Assembly (NCBI GenBank): GCA_043810925.1
Contig: JBDRNT010000119.1
Span: 1 to 26,170, forward strand
Direction of reading: 5' to 3'
Length of the DNA stretch: 26,170 nucleotides
Source: Candidatus Eiseniibacteriota bacterium
GTDB taxonomy: Bacteria > Arandabacterota > Arandabacteria > Arandabacterales > Arandabacteraceae
This document shows positions 8,561 to 16,450 of the stretch, in pieces. The notes under the pieces were generated by a model. It ran no database searches. It saw only the letters and a program-made list of their open reading frames with translations, and was not told where the DNA came from. The position numbers and the translations under genes are program-made. Numbering within the stretch: the stretch's first letter is position 1; each line of letters opens with the position of its first letter.

Positions 8561-8873
8561 CTGCCGTTTCCGCGCAACCGAACGGAAGTCAGACGGTCAG
8601 ATTGAACCAAATCGCCTCCGTGGATTCAACACCAAACCCCCGGACACCCCGGGGGATGAGGTCCGGAAACCAAGCGGTTGCCGCGCCGGGTCGAACAAGA
8701 TCTATAGATCATCACAGGCGAGAGATCATGCGCAGGATACAGTTGGATAAGATAGAAGGACTTCACCGGAAGAATCAACCTGACCATCCGTTCTCCTGGG
8801 CCGGCTTGATAGCGATGGGGGACTGGAGATAGACGGCATGGCCGTCACCATCAGCCTCTTTCTGACTATGGAT

Positions 8874-9323
8874 CTAGAGATCTACGAGGGTGATGCCCCG
8901 GTTCAATCTGTCCGACCGCAAAGAGTCCTTGAGAACGGGGTGGGCAATCATGAGGTCGCGTGCTCTGTCAGATAGTTCAGAGTAATCCTCACCGGGATGA
9001 AAGCCTTTGATTTGTCCCTGGCGCTCCAGCCGTATGAGATACTTGTGAGTTGCCTTCTTTATCTTGCCGCCGCTTCCAGTGGAACCCCATCCGTGAATGA
9101 TCCTGACAATCTTAGTGCCGCCACTGCGTGCGGTCTCAAGCCTTACAGCGAGCCGGCGCACGGCCTCGGCCGCCGTCGGCAGGTCCGATTTGAGGTTCAC
9201 GGTCGTAAGACGTTGCGCCCTTTTCTTCCTCCGGGGGGTAGAGGCTGCCAGGAAGCTCTTACAGTAGGGGCACTTCGACACCTCATCCTCTATATCATTG
9301 CCGCATATCTCGCATATCTTCAT
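8874..9323 (-). CDS. Smr/MutS2 C-terminal domain protein with N-terminal zinc ribbon
   Basis: CEIC...CPYC zinc ribbon, Smr signature RIIHGWGSTGSGGKIK and N.G.T.V. Starts 8 nt after the stop of the upstream gene. Confidence 0.85.
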   Translation of the reverse strand: MKICEICGNDIEDEVSKCPYCKSFLAASTPRRKKRAQRLTTVNLKSDLPTAAEAVRRLAVRLETARSGGTKIVRIIHGWGSTGSGGKIKKATHKYLIRLERQGQIKGFHPGEDYSELSDRARDLMIAHPVLKDSLRSDRLNRGITLVDL

Positions 9324-9331
9324 CTGAGAGC

Positions 9332-11386
9332 CTAGCGCAGGAGAACGGCTCGGCGGGTCTGGCGTCCCGCCGGGGTGGAGATCTCTATGAAGTAAACTCC
9401 ACTTGCGGCCTTGTGGCCGGACTCATCCATCCCGTCCCAGGCGGCAATGCACTCACCCGGGCCCCGTTCACCGGCATCCAGAACCCGGACCAGGCGACCT
9501 GCCGGACCGTAAACGGCGAGCCGCACCCGGGTCCTCGCCGCCAACCAGAACCGGACATCAGTTGCGGGTTGGAATGGATTGGGTGCGGGTGGTGAAAGCC
9601 GGATGTCTGCCTGGCTTGTGGGGGTGTCATGGGAAGGTCCGTCGCCCGGGACTCCGGCCAACTCAAGCAGCGAATCGATTGTTGCGATGATGACCTGCGG
9701 ATCGTATTCCCACGACCAGTATCTGATGATGCCACCCTGATCGATCACATAATCCTGTGGATAGGGCATCTGTGGACTCTCCGGATAAGGAACACGGTAA
9801 GCGTTATAGACCGTGTTTCCCACGTCTTCAAGAGCCAGGAAGCCCATGCCGAAAACATCGCGGAACTTCTCTATTATGGGGAAGTCCCGCGCAACCTGAA
9901 AAACTGCTACATCCGCCGAATCATAGCGTGAGTAAATCGCAGCGTCCGTCGCTGCAGCCTGCAGCGGCACGACTGGTCACCAGCACGCACCGAACTCAAG
10001 GAATACGACCTTCCCACGGTAGTCGGAGAGACTGTGCATCACACTATCGAGGCCCAGCAGTGTGAAGTCCGGCGCCTCCACGCCAACGCCAAGAAACGTC
10101 GTGCTGTTCTTGTATACATGCTGGACGGACTGGGGCTCGTCCGGGTCGTTGGAAATGTAGAGAATCCCACCGCGGACCGTGCCTGCTCCGGAAGCCGTCA
10201 CGGTGACGGGTTGAGTCAGCCCGGGTCCGAGTGAGAATGTCTGAGGACTGAGTGATATGCCGGTCGGGGCCCAGGTGGAGTCGACGGTGAGTGTACCGGC
10301 CCCGTTATTCCTGATGAAGACCGTCGTGTCCCGCGGTGTAGCGCCCACGGGTCCGAAGTCGAGTCTAAGGGGATAGACGTCAATGTCTCCGCCGAGATCG
10401 GGCCTCGGAAGATAAACGCCCATACCTTGCCAATCCGCCACAGCGATCACGGTGTCGCCGCTTGAGATAACACCGACGTCTGCCCCGAGGGCCCAGAGGT
10501 GCGTAGCATCCCAGCCGACGAGGCTGATGTCGCCTGGGTCACCGATGTCGAAACGCTCGAGGTAAGTGTACGAACCGACGGCGAGTATGTCACCGACCGC
10601 CCCCATTGAGAAGGCATTGCCCATTGTCGGTGCCCTGTCAAGCAGCACAGGATGAGTCGGATCTGAGATATCGACCGAAGCGATTCCTTCTGCCGCCAGT
10701 GATAGAAAGACCGAAGTGCCGGAGACAATGATGTCATTCGCAAGACCCGGCAGCGAGAGCGTAGCAACCTCACCTGGTCCACCTGCAAGATCGACCACCG
10801 AAACCCCAAACCGCCCATTCGCTACAAACAGATACCCACCCGCCTCGGTGATATTCCAGCATGCGTTATCCGCAAGTGGAAGCTCGGAGACAAAGGTGGG
10901 ACCACCGGGTGAACCTATGTCGAGTACGTGAATACCCAGCTGGTGTGCAGCCACATAGAGCAGGCTTCCGACAGCCACCCCTCCTTCATAGAAGACATCC
11001 GGGTCGGGCGGATCGTACGAGCCAAGAAGCGCAGGAGTCCCCGCTGATATGTCAAACATCTGAATACCCATGTCGTGACAGAAAGTGAAGAGGGTGTCAT
11101 TCCGTGACCATCCTCTCCAGCTGGGAACACCACCGCGTGAAACACGTGTGGGATTGGCTGGATCGGCTATGTAGTAAGTCTCTAAGCCGGAATCATAACC
11201 GTTCAGGCAGTATGCATAATCCCCTACGATGTGGAAGTGCATTAGATGCGCATACTGGATATCGTTCCTGCCCACCAGGCGCATCCCGTCTATGCCGTCC
11301 TGGGCGTGGACCGGGGTCAGCGCCCCCAGGATACCGGCTAGCGCGAGCAGGAGGATGCTTGCTGGCCTCGGTGCAGGAACGAACAT
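9332..11386 (-). CDS. Predicted secreted selenoprotein (~684 aa): signal peptide, LVIVD repeats, Ig-like (ASH/choice-of-anchor D-like) domain, Sec-containing TlpA/AhpC-TSA redoxin, FlgD-Ig/T9SS C-terminal sorting domain
   Basis: ORFs 9977..11596 and 9332..9970 share a frame and are separated by one TGA (9977-9979) in APDFTL...SLSDYRGKVVFLEFGACW-U-PV. The rest of the thioredoxin fold (..LED....YNAY.V...P..YVID.GGIIRY) follows, and a SECIS-like hairpin lies downstream. Start ATG 11386 has a GGGGAG SD and a signal peptide ending VHA|Q. Confidence 0.88.
9944..9973 (-). promoter_or_regulatory. Bacterial SECIS element (selenocysteine insertion hairpin)
   Basis: UGA CCA GUCGUGC CGCUGCA GGC UGCAGCG ACG GAC: perfect 7-bp upper stem, G-led apical loop starting 17 nt after the UGA, bulged lower stem. 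Confidence 0.8.
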
Positions 11387-11428
11387 GGTATGTACTCCCC
11401 GGCTGTGCCGGCTGCCTGCGAAAGATCT

Positions 11429-11457
11429 AGTATACCACACCTGAAGGCATTTGTCAT
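11429..11457 (-). promoter_or_regulatory. Putative sigma70 promoter of the selenoprotein gene
   Basis: Minus strand ATGACA-17 nt-TATACT with a TG extended -10. It lies about 42 nt upstream of ATG 11386, supporting that start over 11596. Confidence 0.55.
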
Positions 11458-11692
11458 CAGGCAACACCGCGCTATGGTGTAACGTATTGTGCGCGGAATC
11501 CGTGGGAAGGGGTTGAGACATGGTGCCGTTCCGCATGAGGCCGGCCAAACGTATTCTGCATGGAACTCCGGGTTTCAGAGGTGCACAGAGCATCACGCGC
11601 GGGTTGGGGTGCGCGTGTCCCGAGGTTGCTTCCTTAGCCTATCTTGTGTGGCTGCACAGCATAACCTGAGTCTGCTGCTTCGCGGCCCGTCG

Positions 11693-11708
11693 TGGCACAC
11701 GAGTTGCA
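11693..11708 (+). promoter_or_regulatory. sigma54 (-24/-12) promoter for 11927..12472
   Basis: TGGCACACGAGTTGCA is a perfect match to TGGCAC-N5-TTGCW, in an intergenic region. Confidence 0.75.
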
Positions 11709-11926
11709 ATCATGCTACGCGTCCGGGATAGCTGTTCTCCGATACGGATCCTGACGGATCCCATTCTGGGAGATGGTGGAGTATGTCCTGCCCGTTGCTT
11801 CCGCGGGCAGACAGCGCAAGCCTCCGGTGCGTCGTCGACCATTCCCTGAAGAAGGTGGTGATGTCTATGCTCTGAGTAGTGGTCGGGTTTTGTGGTTAAG
11901 CCAACTCGAACGAGGGAGGAAGAAGT

Positions 11927-12472
11927 ATGTTCAACAAAGTTGCGGTCCCAGCTGTTGTAGTTATGATGATTGTCGCCTTGCTGGCGGGTTCGGCGCTGGG
12001 CAAGAGTGCCGGCCGGGCGAAGGGTCCGAGTGGTCGAGAAGGGAACTCGCACATCGGTCACCTCTACCTTCATGAGAAAGACCCTGTAAGTTGGGAGATC
12101 ATTGAAGACGGTGCGTGGGGGAAGTTGAAGTACAACACATACGGCCCGACGTTTGACTTCGTATTCAACGGCCACGGTCTGGAGGCGACAGTAGACTATG
12201 TGCTCATTTACTACCCGGACCCCTGGCCCGGTGCAGGTCTCATTTGTCTCGGTGAGGGTACTGCGGATCTTGACGGCAACGTGCACATCAAGGCGGATGT
12301 GGATACGGGCGACCTTCCGGTCATAGCCGACGAGAATTACCCCGGCGGCGCGAAGATCTGGCTGGTTCTTGCTGATGACGTCGATTGCTTCATGAACGAG
12401 ATGATCGGATGGAATCCGACCGAGTACCTGTTCGAATTCGATCTCATCACTTTCGACGACAGCGACTTCTAA
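11927..12472 (+). CDS. Secreted acidic hypothetical protein (181 aa)
   Basis: GGGAGG SD, signal peptide MFNKVAVPAVVVMMIVALLAGSALG, globular region with YVLIYYPDPWPG, GAKIWLV and WNPTEYLFE. Confidence 0.85.
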   Translation: MFNKVAVPAVVVMMIVALLAGSALGKSAGRAKGPSGREGNSHIGHLYLHEKDPVSWEIIEDGAWGKLKYNTYGPTFDFVFNGHGLEATVDYVLIYYPDPWPGAGLICLGEGTADLDGNVHIKADVDTGDLPVIADENYPGGAKIWLVLADDVDCFMNEMIGWNPTEYLFEFDLITFDDSDF

Positions 12473-12530
12473 AGGCGTGTCGGGCTCAGCCCTCCTGGGT
12501 TAGCCTGACTTCCCGCAGATGGCAGCGGAT

Positions 12531-12560
12531 AGCCCTCCCTGACGGGGGCCAGGGAGGGCT
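12531..12560 (+). terminator. Strong stem-loop downstream of 11927..12472 (terminator or transcript stabiliser; no U-tract)
   Basis: AGCCCTCCCTG-acgggggc-CAGGGAGGGCT is a perfect 11-bp stem. A second imperfect hairpin lies at about 12480-12508. Confidence 0.45.
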
Positions 12561-12670
12561 CGTCGCCGCTGAGGGCGTGTAACCCCTACAATCAGATGGA
12601 CTTATACGCGGTGGCCTACCCTAAGGATTTGCTCGCAATAGCGCCTGGATTATGGTATAATGAATCTGAG

Positions 12671-15319
12671 ATGCGTGCTATGACACAGTCGCTGAAAGGC
12701 TTCAAAGTACCGATGCTCATGCTGGTTTTCGGGCTGGCGTTCGCACTTGGCGTCCAGGACGCCGGGGCGGCACCGGCCGACAGCGTGGGACCGGCATTCC
12801 ATATCGGAGCGAACCCGGTCTACGGTTCGCCTATGGCGAACCAGTTTAACCCCGCGGTGGCCTCTGATGGGACCGATTACCTGGTCGTGTGGGACGACCA
12901 GCGGAACACCCTGGACTTCGACATTTATGGCGCACGGGTGGCCGCGGACGGGACGGTCCTTGACGAGGTGGGTATAGCCGCCTGCATAGCTGTGGAGGAT
13001 CAAAAAGAACCCGCGATCGCTTTTGATGGTACGAACTACCTGGTGGTCTGGACGGACGAGCGAAACGGCTCGGCCGATATCTATGGAAGCCGTATGGGCT
13101 CGGACGGCCAGGTGCTCGATCCCGACGGCATTCTCATATCCGCTGCCTCAAGCGCCCAGTCAAGCCCGGCAGTCGCGTTCGGGGATACGGCCTACTTCGT
13201 AACATGGACCGACTGGCGCGACGGGAACGCGAACATCTATGCGGCACGAGTGGCCCTTGACGGTACCGTGCTTGATACATCCGGAGTTATGGTGTCGGCT
13301 GCCGTGGCCGAACAGGAGTTCCCGGCCGTCAGCTTTGACGGCACAGGCTGGCTTGTCGTATGGCATGACTCCCGCAGCGGGCAGGCCGATATCTATGGGA
13401 GCCGTGTGGCCCTTGACGGTACTGTGCTTGATTCAAGCGGTATCGTGGTCTCCGCATCGGTCACCGAAGAGCTTAATGCGGACATAACATTTAACGGCAC
13501 AAACTACCTTGTGGTCTGGGATGATGAACCGGGTGCGACCTCGCGCGATGTATACGCCGCCCGCGTAGCCCCCGACGGTACTGTGCTTGATCCTGCCGGG
13601 ATTCCCGTGTGTACGGTTGCCAACCAGCAGGAGTTTGCCGCCGCCAGTTCGGATGGCTCGAATTACCTGGTCACCTGGATTGATTTCCGCGGTGGTGGGA
13701 CCTGGGATGCATACGGGGCGCGCGTGGATGCAGCAGGCAATGTGATTGATGTCGCTTCACTGCCTATCTGTACCGATCCCAGCCAGCAGTACGCGGTAGA
13801 TCCGGCCTTTAACGGCACAAACTGGCTTGTGGCCTGGCACGACAGCAGGAACGGGCCCAAAGACATATATGGAACACGGGTCGCCACCGACGGAAGCGGT
13901 GTGGACCCGGCGGCCTTCCCCATATCCACAGCGGCAGCTTACCAGTCCCACCCGGAACTCGCCTTCGACGGCGGCAATTACCTTGCCGTCTGGCACGAGT
14001 GGAGAAGCGCTACGGGTTATGATATCCGTGGGGTACGTGTCGCCGCTGACGGTACGGTGCTTGATCCGGGCGGAATCGTAATATCGGCGCGAACAACCGA
14101 TGAGTTGGACCCTGCGGTTTCTTTTGATGGAACCAACTACCTGGTTGTCTGGCAGGATGAACGTAGCGGCTCGTTTGACATCTATGCCGCCAGGATCGAT
14201 ATCGACGGAAACGTGCTTAACCCCTCCGGGATTGCCCTATCGGCAACCGCAGACCAGGAGGAGTACCCGGCCGTTGCCTTTGACGGCACCAATTACTTCG
14301 TCTCGTGGCAGGATAACCGCAACGGCATCTACACCGATATCTATGGAACGCGCCTTACCGTCACGGGCACGGTACTCGACCCGGCCGGCATAGCGGTATC
14401 GGATGCAAACCGCAACCAGGGACAGCCCGCCGTGAGCTTCGATGGCACGAACTACCTGGTTGTCTGGCAGGATGCGCGGAATGTCTACAATGATATCTAT
14501 GGCACCCGGGTTACGACCGGTGGGACTGTGCTTGACGGCGCAGGCATCCCGATATCGAGTGCGTCGCTGGCCCAGGAATACCCGGCGCTGGCCTTCGATG
14601 GGACGAACTATGTCGTTGCCTGGCAGGATAAGCGCGCCAGCTCCAACTATAACATCTACCTGTCACGAGTGGGTACGGACGGGACCGTGCTTGACCCTGC
14701 AGGAATACTCGCTTCAGGCGCCGCCGGCGACCAGATCTACCCGGCCATAGCATTCGATCAGAGGAACTACCTCGTCGTCTGGCAGGACGGACGCTCGTCC
14801 GCCGGCTACGACATATACGGGACCGATGTTGATCCGGACGGAAGCGTACTCGATCCATCCGGCATTGCTGTTTCCACGGCCGACCATGACCAGGCGGTCC
14901 CCGCCGTGTGTTCTTCATCCTATGGGCTGGTTCTTACAGCATATGCATCACTAACCGCCCCTCCCGACTATGGGATTCACCGCATATGGGCGAACTTCTA
15001 CGACGTCCGGGCCGGGATCACGCATGAGGATGACGGTCGCGAGTGTGCGCGGCTTCTTGATGGTTTTCCCAACCCATCGAGAGGACCGGTGACGCTTAGG
15101 TTCTCTCTCTCAGAACGTCAACGGGTATCACTGAGGGTCTATGATGTCGAAGGTCGACTCGTTGAGACCCTGCTTGATGGGTTCTGTGAAGCAGGAGCGC
15201 GCGACATCGGATGGGACGGCGGATCTCCATGCGGCAGGCCTGTCGCACCCGGACTTTATTTCTGTCGCTTGCAGACAGGTGTTTCACTTCAGACTATAAA
15301 GATCATGCGGCTCCGCTGA
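12671..15319 (+). CDS. Secreted repeat protein (13 full + 1 degenerate ~52-aa repeats, probable beta-propellers) with FlgD-Ig/T9SS type A sorting domain
   Basis: Repeat consensus Q..PAVAFDGTNYLVVW.D.R.G..DIYG.RV..DGTVLDP.GI.IS. C-terminal FPNPS...LRVYDVEGRLV..L...WDG...V.PGLYF.RL. Signal peptide present. A TGGTATAAT at 12653-12661 argues for a start at 12671/12680 rather than 12596. Confidence 0.88.
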   Translation: MRAMTQSLKGFKVPMLMLVFGLAFALGVQDAGAAPADSVGPAFHIGANPVYGSPMANQFNPAVASDGTDYLVVWDDQRNTLDFDIYGARVAADGTVLDEVGIAACIAVEDQKEPAIAFDGTNYLVVWTDERNGSADIYGSRMGSDGQVLDPDGILISAASSAQSSPAVAFGDTAYFVTWTDWRDGNANIYAARVALDGTVLDTSGVMVSAAVAEQEFPAVSFDGTGWLVVWHDSRSGQADIYGSRVALDGTVLDSSGIVVSASVTEELNADITFNGTNYLVVWDDEPGATSRDVYAARVAPDGTVLDPAGIPVCTVANQQEFAAASSDGSNYLVTWIDFRGGGTWDAYGARVDAAGNVIDVASLPICTDPSQQYAVDPAFNGTNWLVAWHDSRNGPKDIYGTRVATDGSGVDPAAFPISTAAAYQSHPELAFDGGNYLAVWHEWRSATGYDIRGVRVAADGTVLDPGGIVISARTTDELDPAVSFDGTNYLVVWQDERSGSFDIYAARIDIDGNVLNPSGIALSATADQEEYPAVAFDGTNYFVSWQDNRNGIYTDIYGTRLTVTGTVLDPAGIAVSDANRNQGQPAVSFDGTNYLVVWQDARNVYNDIYGTRVTTGGTVLDGAGIPISSASLAQEYPALAFDGTNYVVAWQDKRASSNYNIYLSRVGTDGTVLDPAGILASGAAGDQIYPAIAFDQRNYLVVWQDGRSSAGYDIYGTDVDPDGSVLDPSGIAVSTADHDQAVPAVCSSSYGLVLTAYASLTAPPDYGIHRIWANFYDVRAGITHEDDGRECARLLDGFPNPSRGPVTLRFSLSERQRVSLRVYDVEGRLVETLLDGFCEAGARDIGWDGGSPCGRPVAPGLYFCRLQTGVSLQTIKIMRLR

Positions 15320-15351
15320 CACGATCCGACACCCCGGATGCTCTGAGTGGG

Positions 15352-16440
15352 TCACTCGCACTTACGGTGGATGATATACTCGACCATTCTCCCGAAGTAG
15401 TCACTGACCCTGGGAGCTTCGAGTCCGGTCGCTCTCATGGTATTGGCATTGTCGAATCTCAAGTCGCCCGTGAGGTACGGCATGTAAAGACGGATCTCGT
15501 TGACCAGATCAAGCTCATCTGCTGAGACCTTCCCGGCCGATTTCGAGACATTGGCGCTGAACTCCTCGGGGGTGACCAGGGTAAGAGGTTCCCTCTGGAA
15601 GTGATGCGCCGCGAGGTTCCTGATCTCCTCGAACGATGTCAGATTGCTCAATCCGGCGGTCAGATGGAAGCACTTGCCGAGGCTTTTTGTGTTTGCACAA
15701 ATGGAGTGCATTGCGTCAGCGACGTAGTCCGCCGGTACGAGATCAAGCAGAACCGACGGACGAGCCGGGAGCATCTTGATCCGGCCCAAAGCATACCCTT
15801 TAAGCACCCTGGAAAACGCATCGTGGCCTGACCCCCTTCCCGTCTTTGAATCACAGATCACAATGCTGGGCCGGTGAATGGCTGCCGGAAGGTCAGCCAT
15901 GGATTGTCTCACAGCCTTCTCTGCCTCGAGTTTGGTCTGCTCATATGTATTGTTGTGCTGCTGCCCGCAGTCGAGCTCGTCCTCCCTTATGATCCCAGTT
16001 CGTGTACCCGCAACATACGCCGTACTGACATGGTCAATTCTCTTAAGGTCTTTGCATCTCCGGGCCAGGGACAGGATATTGTGCGTCCCCGACACGTTGA
16101 TCCGGCGCGCCTCAGCGAGTTCAAGATCGAACCGGGCGGCCGCGGCACAGTGGATTACGTGTGAAGTCTTCCGGGTGAGCCCGGCATACTCGGGGGCGCT
16201 GAGCCCCAGCATGTCCAGGGCGACATCGCCTTCGACGATCGCTATCCTCTGTGCCAGAACGGACGTGTCGCTATCCGGATAGAGCTCGCCAAGCACGCTC
16301 TGTATTCTTTGCTCCGGAATTTCCTGCGATCTTGCCCTTACCAGAAGAGTGATTCTCGCGTCCGACGCATCAAGCCATTTCTTAAGCAGACTGCTCCCGA
16401 TAAAGCCCGTTGCGCCGGTTAGGAAAACCTCTCCTGACAA
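15352..16440 (-). CDS. Extended SDR, NAD_binding_4 family (fatty acyl-CoA/thioester reductase-like)
   Basis: FLTGATGFIG, IHCAA, HVSTAYVAG, YEQTK (YxxxK), RPSIV, LDLVPADYVA. TTG start with GGGAGG SD. Confidence 0.9.
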   Translation of the reverse strand: MSGEVFLTGATGFIGSSLLKKWLDASDARITLLVRARSQEIPEQRIQSVLGELYPDSDTSVLAQRIAIVEGDVALDMLGLSAPEYAGLTRKTSHVIHCAAAARFDLELAEARRINVSGTHNILSLARRCKDLKRIDHVSTAYVAGTRTGIIREDELDCGQQHNNTYEQTKLEAEKAVRQSMADLPAAIHRPSIVICDSKTGRGSGHDAFSRVLKGYALGRIKMLPARPSVLLDLVPADYVADAMHSICANTKSLGKCFHLTAGLSNLTSFEEIRNLAAHHFQREPLTLVTPEEFSANVSKSAGKVSADELDLVNEIRLYMPYLTGDLRFDNANTMRATGLEAPRVSDYFGRMVEYIIHRKCE

Positions 16441-16450
16441 CTTCGCCTCC

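Noticed and set aside
8524-8832. 102-aa plus-strand ORF
   Set aside because: Low-information composition, and it lies antisense to an otherwise minus-strand gene run and the PorV-like remnant.
9332-9970. Independent 212-aa gene starting at GTG 9970
   Set aside because: It would begin in the middle of a thioredoxin fold, has no clear SD or signal peptide yet carries a secretion CTD, and is in frame with the upstream ORF across a UGA plus SECIS.
9977-9979. TGA as a nonsense mutation (pseudogene) or as Trp/Gly under an alternative genetic code
   Set aside because: It falls exactly on the catalytic Cys position with a SECIS-like hairpin, both halves are otherwise intact, and TGA is a normal stop elsewhere in the window (for example 6419 and 15319).
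11387-11596. 70-aa N-terminal extension of the LVIVD ORF
   Set aside because: The SD, signal peptide and a sigma70-like promoter all point to ATG 11386.
11639-12286. 215-aa minus-strand ORF and the 100-aa ORF 11773..12075
   Set aside because: Both overlap the well-supported 11927..12472 gene and its promoter or leader, and neither has protein-like motifs.
12830-14900. Recurrent DNA repeats (GACGGTACTGTGCTTGAT, AACTACCTGGT) as CRISPR or DGR repeats
   Set aside because: They are the codons of ~156-nt in-frame protein repeats with synonymous variation; no cas or reverse transcriptase gene is present.
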